Below, in pieces: positions 1-9,500 of a stretch of DNA of 64,000 nucleotides. The stretch comes from Vicugna vicugna (lineage: Eukaryota). The notes below the pieces were generated by a model. That model was not told where the DNA came from, did no database searches, and saw only the letters and a program-made list of their open reading frames with translations. The stretch covers positions 1,152,616 through 1,216,615 of the forward strand of contig MU058584.1 in assembly GCA_013265495.1 (NCBI GenBank), given 5' to 3'. The stretch's first letter is position 1, and each line of letters begins with the position of its first letter. A program made the position numbers and the translations under genes.

Positions 1-1269
1 ACTCAGCCAAAGTTTCATTTATTTTGAAACTCCATTTTTAATGTGTCATATTTCCATAATAACCATCAATGTTTTCATAAGGAACCTGGTGAACAATGTT
101 TTCCTAGAGCTCAGAGCAACTAACAATAGTCCAGATGGGTCTCCACCATTGGCAGATATTGCAACAAATCCTAGAATTCTGTGAAGAGGAATGAAGTTGG
201 TAGGAAGGACGGTTAGAAGTGGGAAATCAGTTGAAGTCAGGAAATTTGTGCCAACATTAATACCAAATTAATCTCCTTGGTAACATCATAAATAGAGATT
301 CCATACTGAGAGAAGAAAGAATGGCCCAGCACAAATGGTATTGGAAGTAGAGGAAAGCTAACATATGTGCACGGGGTGGGAGACTGAGGAGTAGAAGGGG
401 CGAACTGGAGAGGATTACAAAATAATTTTCAGGGCAGGTCTAAACCTAGTTCCAGTCTAGGACTCTCACTTCCTCCACTTTACCTATTGTAGTTTATGCT
501 CCCATGCTCCTGACCTCCACCTCTTCTGTCATGGAGAGAACTCATCTGCTGTATTATTAAGGTATATAATTTGTCCATCCATTCAAACATATTTACCCTT
601 TGGGAAGGATCAGTGATGAGTAATTCATAACCAAAGGAATAAATATCAAATGGTGGAATCTCAAAAGTATAGAGCACTTGTGAGAGGAAAAGGATACTGG
701 GGGTTTTCCCCTCTCAAGTCATCTTAAACTGATTACTGCTGACCTAGGGGTTTTGCTCAGATCACCTCTGTGCTTGACCCCAAATCTTGATGAAATATTT
801 GATGTTCAGATTGGATTATGGGGTACAATGTGAAATTAGTGACCTGATCAAAACATGATGAACAGGTCTTGCTAAGTCCATTCTGGATTCCACAAAAAGT
901 CTTTTCAATTCATTTTCACAAATAGCGAAGAACAGATACTCTACCACAAAGCTGCTTTGAAATCAACACACATCTTAAGTGTGTTGTCAATTAATGGCAT
1001 ATTCTCTTCTGACATCTCTGTTACAGTTATCTTATAATAATTGATTTTCTTGAGTAGAAACCCTGTTGAGTGTTGACTAGACTGTAAATGGAAAAGGCCT
1101 GGGGGAAACAAAAGGATAAGGGAGAATAGAGGGAAAAAGAGTTTCTACCAAAAAGAAAAAAAGAAAAAAGAAAAAAGAAAGGGAAAAGTGGGGAAGGGGA
1201 AAAGGAGGAAAGAAAAGATTAAGTGGTAGGAACATTCATTAGGCATTAATTAGTTCCAACCCTGAGATG

Positions 1270-1405
1270 TGTATTTTCACATCCACTGTTTAATTTCCTC
1301 CTTACAACAACCTTGCAAAATAGTCTTCAGTAGCCTCATTTTCACAAAGAAAGAAACTAAGTTCAGAGAGGCTCAGTAATGCATCCAAGATGATACCACT
1401 AGTAT
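1270..1405 (-). mobile_element. MIR SINE fragment
   Basis: Reverse MIR core-like cattttcacaaagaaagaaactaagttcagagagg...gcatccaagatgatac. Confidence 0.55.
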
Positions 1406-1655
1406 CATTTCCACTTGCAACTGCATGCTCCTGAAGTGAGACCCATGTTGCTAGAACGTGGTCTAAAGAGGATTCAAGTTCATATCTGGTTGACCATGCT
1501 GCTCCGCCTTTGCACTCAGTAGGTGCTTAAGAAAGGTGGCTCACTCTCAAATTGCCTTTTGCTGCAAAACTGTACTGCAGATGGAAATCCTTCCTGGGAA
1601 GTTGTTGAGCTGAACTCCATTCGCCACACTCCCCCACCTACCCACCAGAACCAAC

Positions 1656-1822
1656 CTCGTTAGGAGCCTCTGTCTGGATGAATTCTTCATAAATTTTCTT
1701 TGCCTTCTCAGCCATCTTGACAGGGCACTTGATCTTCTTGTAATCCTCACAGGCCAGCCAGAACTCGAGGTTTTCCTCACTGAATTCAGACTTCAGGAAA
1801 CTTTTGAAGCTGGCAAGTCCAT
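1656..1822 (-). CDS. RGS5: RGS5 coding exon 4 (167 nt; core of RGS domain, (Y)[55 protein letters not shown])
   Basis: Translation matches the R4-family RGS box ([14 protein letters not shown]). Acceptor ttcccttgctag|AT, donor GAG|gttggt. Phase 1 start completes Tyr codon T|AT with exon 3. Confidence 0.97.
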
Positions 1823-2713
1823 CTAGCAAGGGAAAAAGGTATTGGAGGAAATGCATTCACCCTATCTGTCTGTCTATCAACACTATCTCACTTTGTAATG
1901 CAGGTTTATTTACTATACATGTCATGTGTGTAATAACTTTACAAAAGATAACTCATTTGCTCCTCACCACAAACTTAACAGGCAGGTGATGCTGTATCTT
2001 ATTTTACAAGAAAGGTCAGAGGCTGTTACCTAACCAGCTAGTAAGTGGCAGAGCTGGGATTCAAATCCAAAGCAGTCTGTGTTTGGGTGATGAACGTTTG
2101 CCTGCATATGACATCAAGGAATACTGTGAACACTATTGCCATTCGCGATGCTTAGCAATTACCAAAAAAGAAAAAAAAATACATTTAAAACTTGATTTGG
2201 CAGTATAAATAATTTAATGTTGATTATCATGTATAAGCTATTTAGTCTTCTTTTTCTTTCTACAGATGATTTTTAAGAAAATATCATGTTCCAGGAACTA
2301 TGGTAAATAAAATTGAGATGGTTCCTGCCCTGATGAAGCTTATAGATTATGGGGGAGATATAGAAGAAAAGTGAAGAAAAACACACACACAATTATGCAA
2401 CAAAATAAAACTATATGAAATAAAGTATCAGAGTAACAGCAGGGTCCTGACCTCACTGTGGGTCAGGTTTAGGGAAGGCCTCCATGAGGAAGTGACAGTC
2501 AGAGACCTGGAGGAGGAGTGGGAAGGGGATGGATGGAGCTACCACATGCAGAGCAGTTACAATGCCTATCAATTATACATTAGTCTTTAAAACATATTAA
2601 ATTTAATGTAATTATAACTATTGTGATTCTGTGTTAAGAGTAGATAAATGTAGCTCATGTGGAAAATATTTCAGCTTATAATTTAAATATATATATCTTT
2701 ATACATTTATAAA

Positions 2714-2761
2714 CAAATATATATATGTGTGTATATATATATACACACATATATATATTTG
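2714..2761. repeat. Perfect 48-bp palindrome of (TA)/(TG)/(CA) dinucleotides
   Basis: caaatatatatatgtgtgtatata|tatatacacacatatatatatttg; all 24 pairs checked complementary. Confidence 0.9.
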
Positions 2762-2958
2762 ATTTTCTTGAGTTGAAACCCTATTGAGTTTATATATGTT
2801 GAGTATATATATGAGATTCTTGGATCTGCCTTTTTTTTTCTTTCCTACCCCTCTACAGCTCTAACCTCCAAAATGGTAAAAGACAAGGTTGGGATTTAGA
2901 AAGGTACTGGAGAGGAACAGAGGAAACATCACTCTATATCTTCAATACTTTCTTCCTT

Positions 2959-3046
2959 GTTTTTTTAATGGAGGTACTGGGGATTGAACCCAGGACCTCA
3001 TGCATGTTAAGCATGTGCTCTACCACTGAGCTATACCCTCCCCCAC
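2959..3046 (-). mobile_element. tRNA-derived camelid SINE (vic-1-like), short form
   Basis: Reverse complement ggggagggtatagctcagtggtagagcacatgcttaacatgcatgaggtcctgggttcaatccccagtacctcc + A tail, with A and B boxes. 16-bp TSD caata(c/t)tttcttcctt at 2943-2958 and 3047-3062. Confidence 0.85.
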
Positions 3047-3424
3047 CAATATTTTCTTCCTTTTAAAGCTGACTATATGTATGCATTTTAGCCCCAATTC
3101 TAACAAATGGGTATGTATTGAGAGAGAATCCATGTCCATTTACTATCTAAGGAAAGTATATTTCTAAAGGAGAGAAAATTCTAGTTTTCCACAGACAATA
3201 TCACAATTACAGGCGTTCATGGTGTGTCATTTGCCTCCCAGGGCAGAAGCTGGATTGACTGTCACCAGTACATCAGGGCCCACTTTTCCTCTCACTTGCT
3301 CCCCATCAGGAGATACTTCTGCAATTCATTAGTTCTACTTGGAGAACATATTTGTGTACTGAATTCATTTCCTTTGACCTAATTTCAATCTGTTTCCCTT
3401 TCCCTTGAATATTTCTCACTACTC

Positions 3425-3641
3425 TTTTTTTTTTTACATTTTTATTGATTCATAATCATTTTACAGTGTTGTGTCAAATTCCAGTGTTCAGTACAATTTT
3501 TCAGTCATACATGGACATATACACACTCATTGTCACATTTTTTTCTCTGTGATTTATCATAACGTTTTGTGTATATTTCCCTGTGCTATACAGTGTAATC
3601 TTGTTTATCTGTTCTACAATTTTGAAATCCCAGTCTATCCC
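3425..3641 (-). mobile_element. Young L1 3' end (5'-truncated)
   Basis: Poly-T then tttattgattcataatcattttacagtgttgtgtcaaattccagtg...tttccctgtgctatacag. Same family as the plus-strand copy at 43187-43309. Confidence 0.75.
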
Positions 3642-4439
3642 TTTTTTTTATAGATTTTCATTCATTAGTCATTGCCTAATGCATTGATTTCATACAATTT
3701 GCACAAAATGTGATGATTAAACCAGAAATATACAGTTGTCCTTTTTTCAATTTTCCTTCTATACGTTTTTATTGTCTTCAAGCCCCTCACGTTCCCCTGC
3801 AACTATATTCACTTCTAAAGAAACAGAGTGACTAAGTCATAATCAACTTGGATTAGGGTCACCAGTGATTTCTGGATCCAAACAAGACACTTTGCATTTT
3901 AATCCTCTTTCCCTGTCCTTAACCTAAGAGTATTTTTTTTTAATTGATCAACACCTAAAAATACATCAGGGAGCAATGGTAAGTATGATAAACAGTTTTC
4001 TCTAGAAACCTAGCTAGAAGAACTACTTTAAAGCCATTTGATAACCTTTACGTGGGTAAGATCAGGTGTATTTCCCGCTCGCTCTCTGCCCATATTTCCG
4101 ACTATATTTCCGCACTAATTGTTATAATTCAGTGACACGGTGGTCAATGGTGTATGCTGAAAGAAGAAATAAGACCGAGTTCTCTGTCTGTCTGTCATCT
4201 TTAAAGCCTTCATTGTTTCTTAAACAAAGGGTGTCAGGAAGCCTCTGTTGAAATGGAAAAAAAAAAAAAAATTCCAGGCACTTTCTAGCTGCCGGGAATT
4301 GACACAGGAATGAAGTTTTACCAGTTCCCACACAATCACATCTAAGATCACGGAGGAAGCAATAACTTCACAGAATAAGTCCGGGGCCAATTTATTCTCA
4401 TTAGCCCCATTTCCCCACAACATGGTGAGTCAGGCCTGT

Positions 4440-4566
4440 AATCACCCTTTCTGAGACTTTGAAAAAGGTAGAGACCTCCCAACATTGTTATCTATGAAGC
4501 ACCCTTTCTGAATCACCCTCTCTGAGCCTTTGAAAAAGGTAGAGACCCCCTCATTGTTACCTATGA
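4440..4566. repeat. Diverged ~57-bp tandem duplication
   Basis: aatcaccc..ctgag.ctttgaaaaaggtagagacc...cattgtta.ctatga at 4440-4497 and 4511-4566. Confidence 0.85.
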
Positions 4567-5494
4567 CCTGAGGATACATGCCAGGATCCCTCAACAATGT
4601 TAACTTTTACCAAGTCATCTTTTCCAGGGAATGATCTTGGAAAACAACTTTCCAGTGCCCTGAGTCTATTTCCTGGGGACAGGCTTCATCGCTCCCATTG
4701 AATCCCATATTATTTCAAGACTTTTCATCAATGTGTGGACTTTAAAGCAAGACTCCTAAAATAGCTTTATACTCTATCAGCCTGGGAGATGTTTAAAGTT
4801 GTTCTTTCTCTTATCCGGATTTTAACGATTCTCTGGAGGATCTTTTCCTAGGACCCGCTAACGCCACTCCCCAGATGCTTTCACCTCCTTAACTGCTCAT
4901 TTTCTGCTGGTCCATTCCTCAGAGATGCTCTCTGCTGATTCCCATTACTCCTGAGGACGTCCTCTTAGATCAGAGTCAGGTCTACTCTGGGCCAAATGTC
5001 TCTGTTCTGTGAGGAACACACATGTCTTCTTTGCCCCGTGCTATTCCCCTGCCCACTCCATGGCCCAGTAGAGCTCCTGGTACACAGCCCTGATAAATCC
5101 TACATTCTTCCTTCCTGAGCCTGCACAGAGCCTCAACATAACCTCTCAACACACCTCTTCAGGCGCCCTGTTCCTAGGGAGCGGGGGAAACCCACCCGAT
5201 CCTCTGGTCTAGTGGAAACACTGGGTTGTGACCCACACTGTGACCCCAGAGCTGGCCCTAATGAATGATGTCACTGTTGACATCCGTGTACAATACAGTA
5301 ACAGCCCTGCTAAAGAACAAAATGAAACTACCTGTAAAACCACTTTAAAAATAAAAGGAGTGTAAGGCAAACCCAAGTCAGACTGGTGGAAAGGGAAAAG
5401 ACTGAGAAACAGATTAGCACAAATCTTTTCTCCTAGGGGAGAGATAGTGAGACATGGATCATTGACAAGTATCATGATATAGTTTTCAGTTTCA

Positions 5495-5930
5495 AAGCAG
5501 GGGCTTTAGAGTCAAGGTTGTCTGGAGGTGAAATCTCACACACCATGTTACTGCAGTAACTTGGGCAAGTAATCTAACCTCCCTGAGCCTCAGTGGCCAC
5601 ATCTGTTAAATGGGGGTACTAATGGAACCTTACCTGACAGGGTTGTTAGAAGGGTTAAATAAGTTGTGTAAGGCTCTCACATGACACTGAACATAATAAT
5701 AGCTCATGTGAACAAAAACTACTGCAAACCATAACAAGTAATCTTCTAATGTTCCAACTACCTGGTCTTTGTTGTAAAGCTCCTCTATATCCTAGCTCCT
5801 CCCCTAGCTCTTCGGAGCAGTCCCTCAGCACCATCTGAGAGGCTGTCATCCCGGCTCGAGTCCTCCCGCCAAATAAAACATAACTTTCAACTTTCAGTTG
5901 ACACTCAATAAATGCTGACTTTCATCATTA
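5495..5930 (+). mobile_element. MIR SINE interrupted by an LTR insertion at 5707-5903
   Basis: ttgggcaagtaatctaacctccctgagcctcagt...catctgttaaatgggg core. The MIR 3' end gctca|ataaatg is restored when the insert is removed. Confidence 0.7.
5707..5903 (+). mobile_element. Short (197 bp) ERV1-class solo-LTR-derived element
   Basis: TGTGAAC...GTTGACA termini (6/7 inverted match), 4-bp TSD CTCA (5703-5706 and 5904-5907), AATAAA near the 3' end. Confidence 0.75.
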
Positions 5931-6447
5931 TCATTCATATCCACTTTAAAATTAATCTTTATTCAAAACCCAACTCAAATATTGCTTCATATTCAAGGTA
6001 GTCTTTACCCAGTATCTTTCACCTGCCGTTGAGGATTTTTACTATTATGAGAGACAAGTTCACTTTCTGGGGTTTTGTTGTTGTTGGAATTGTTTGCTTA
6101 CATGGCTATCTTTCTCAGGAAGCTGTTAATTCTTTGAGTTCAAAGTCTGAGTTTCATTTATCTTTGCCCCTCTTTTGAAATCATCCCAGCTCCTAGTTTA
6201 AATCTGGTTCAAACTGAATTAAATAAAAACCGTAAAGAGAAAAATTTCCTCCCAAGCCACAAAACTAAACAGATGGGAACACAACCTGCACCCATGAGTC
6301 CTCAGGACACCCTGTTTTCGTATTCCCTTGGCATCCTTCCAAAACTGAACAAGTGTCAAAACTGGGGAAGAAGGCCATGGGCACCCCCAAAGGTGTGTTC
6401 TGCCTCTGTCCGCCCCTTGATCTTTACAAGAGATAATTCAGACTTAC

Positions 6448-6509
6448 AGTTGTTCTGCAGGAGTTTATCCAGGGACTCACGCCACTGCAGAACCTCCTCC
6501 AGCGAGGGT
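6448..6509 (-). CDS. RGS5: RGS5 coding exon 3 (62 nt; (R)[20 protein letters not shown](Y))
   Basis: Acceptor cttgatttag|A, donor CT|gtaagt. In frame with exons 2 and 4. Peptide matches recalled RGS5 [20 protein letters not shown]. Confidence 0.96.
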
Positions 6510-9500
6510 CTAAATCAAGCATTAAGAAAGAAAAAGGTGACAGCCATAAAAAGGGAGTTAACCACATACGCCAGCAATGACTGGGACCTGCTTTTCTTTG
6601 AGATGCTACAACCGATAACTCATCCTCAGCACAAGGGAGTTGGAGTTTTTCCCTTAACAAGTGGGCTTAATGAGCGAGGTTTGCTTTCATACAGCTATCT
6701 TGCATATTTCCACCTCTTGTTGAACCATTTGGTTGGCCCTGTCCCTTTTTAGAAGTAGAGTTTTTTTGTCATGAAGCTACATCTTGATATTCTTGAATAC
6801 CCCATGACCGTGCCTCTAATTGTGGTCTTTTTTTCCCAAATGCATAAAATCCAGTTGTCCCATTACAGGGATTGAACTCATGTTTCCCGGTTCACCAGGG
6901 CTGTGCTTTGACCACCTGACTTAATACAGCCAAGGGCATCTGATTCCACATCCACAGTCCAGCACTGTGTCACTGGGGCTGATGGAAGACGCAAGGTGTG
7001 AATCCACCTCATGTTGTGGGTGTGATCAGTCTCCATTTTCAAAAATCTGTGTGCATTGTCCTACTCAATTCAAACAAGACAATGATTTTTAAAAGATTCA
7101 ATCTTTCTGAGTAGAAAAGTGGTTAGACCTCGTGCGTAAGAAGGTTGTACACATATGATCCGGTTGCTGATTCGAAAGGAGAAGGTAACAGTCAACATAT
7201 AATTTCCCCTTAGGCTGTTTTTGCTGTAATATTTATATATGGAAAAACCCTGCAGCCTTTTCATTTTAACCACCAATTTTTGTCTCGCCGCAGGAGCGTG
7301 TCAAACCGGGCTGGTGCTGTCTGGGAAAAATGGCTGACTCTGCTCTCCTGGAGCTCACCCTGCTCTGACTCTTGTGTGATGATGTGAGTTCTTCGCCGTC
7401 AAATCAAAACAGACTAATAAGGCATTTACTAGAACAGTAAGGCCAATGAAGGTGCTTTTCCTAAATTGGAATTTCCTTAGCACTTAGCTTGTTCATCTAC
7501 TGTTCAGACAACCCAGAAAAACTCCTGCTTCTGGTTTTTAAAAGATAATGTCTAAGAATTTTAATTACTTAGATTAGCAGTGAGATTGATAATTGCTGAT
7601 TCGACTTCTGACTTTGCTCTCCAGGTGCAGATTCAGCCTTACTTCATTTGTGCACAGCGTCCAAGATGGTAGTAGATTTTTTTTTTTGCTAAAGTACTGT
7701 GAATAATTCCTTTGTTTCTTTATTCCTCATGACAGAACATATCCAGACTTTGAGTCTTAATGACATGATTTTTCATAAAGTTTTATGTTTTTACCATTTG
7801 AAGGTTAAAACATGCCAAAAATGAGAGTAACAAACCTAGTGAATTAATGGTACCAAATGATTTCATTTTCCTGGCTAGAGATATAAGTATCCTTGATCAA
7901 AAACTCAACCCTAATTCCTTGAAATTTTTTTTTTAATTTCTTAACAAAATTTCATGTAGAAGCAACCATTTTACAAGCACATTTGGAAATTTATTTTTAA
8001 TGCATGAACTACCTTCTCTCTTCCCGTTTTCTTCTCATTAGTATAAAGCAACAGGAGGAGAGGTAACATGAAGAAGGGGTTACAGGGAATGTCCTTGTAT
8101 TTTTCTACCTAATTTTATTTCTAACCAGGAAAGCAGCTGTCTTTTAGAGGTCAGTAACTCCTTTTGGATCTTCTATATTGCCCCATGCTGAGACCTTTTC
8201 CTATGTATATATTATTTTGTACCAACATGTTCAGCACACAGCTTTACACATCTTAATTTCTTCACTACAGTAGGTTCAATGTTTTGCAGATGACACCCAC
8301 CAGTCTTTATTGATTGTTGATAGAAACAACAAGACATTCAACAACTGGCAAGGGGAAGACTGAATCTCTCTCTGATTTTATAAAGATTCTCATAAAATGA
8401 AATCACCTTACTGCCCCCATTTCCTCTGGTTAGTGCAGAGGGACACAGGAAGAAGAAATGACATGAGCAGGTGCACCCAGCTTAAGCATGTTACCAGATG
8501 CAGTTTGCCCCAAACGGTCTTGTTAGAACCAGGCGAATGGACAATATCAGCAGCACATCACAGCCAAGATTAAATTCCCGCAAAGGACATGTGCAGAGCT
8601 CGCTTGGGGGTAATATTAGTCCAGATCAATTCAAGGACACAGTCAAGGAGAACACATCCCCCACAGCACGAAGCCCAGCATTCTGATTACAAGCCTAGGA
8701 AGTGCCACAGATTCATCCTGTCCTGATTCTTAGAATTTGCCATTAAGTCTGACTTCTTTGAAACAAGATAGATGCAGATCTAAATGACCAATACGTATCC
8801 TGGTTTGCAAGGTCATTGCTGACCACAGAGAGCGGGCACGGGGTTTCTGTGTGAGGGTGTGGAGAAAAGGAGGGAGCCAGTCCAAATGAAAGGCAAAATA
8901 AACATGCATAGAGATGATTAAATGTGTGTTTTACAACGGTCTCTGTAAGAGCCCCTTGCTCCAGGGAGTGACAATCTCAGCTGGAAGTGCTCTCTCCCTT
9001 TACCGTTCTCTCACCACACCTACTTGTTGAATTTCTTACATGGTGGTGATGCACTCACTGCCTAGAGGTAATAAGAGCTTGTCAGTCACGGAGAACTTTC
9101 CCCATTCCACCCTGTCCAGTGGCGCATTCCCTGCAGCCTGGATCCACCCCGAAATGTGCATGTCAGACTAATATGTGAATTAACAATGGTTCAGTTTGTC
9201 CAGAGTTAGTCGGTTGATGAAAGCCACAAATAACCCAAAATGTAGAGTACAAGAATTTTAGCACCATGAATCAGAACTGCCACTATAAGCAAGTCTGGCA
9301 CCTACTAGCTGTGACCACGGGAAAGTGTGACAGCATCAGTGGTTGTCTCCTTTATTTTCTTTCTTCTTCTTCTTTTTTTTAAATTACACACTCCCTGGCA
9401 AATATTTAAACTCTTGATAATGTTCTCACATGGTCTTGCTCTTCACAAGGAAAGTGAAATCCAATTTATTTAATGCACTTGAGTGCCTGCTCAGGTCCCT

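Noticed and set aside
1100..1218. Purine-rich tract as G-quadruplex or splice element
   Set aside because: A-dominated low-complexity sequence with irregular G-runs, and no adjacent exon seen.
1..1655. Missing final RGS5 exon (VNIDHFTK...) suggesting truncation or a pseudogene
   Set aside because: Exons 1-4 are intact and in frame; intron 4 simply runs off the window edge.
6273..6752. 159-aa plus-strand ORF; likewise the 153-aa ORF at 12093-12554 (-)
   Set aside because: No recognisable homology. They overlap RGS5 exons 3 and 2 in antisense or wrong frames and fall within chance ORF lengths.
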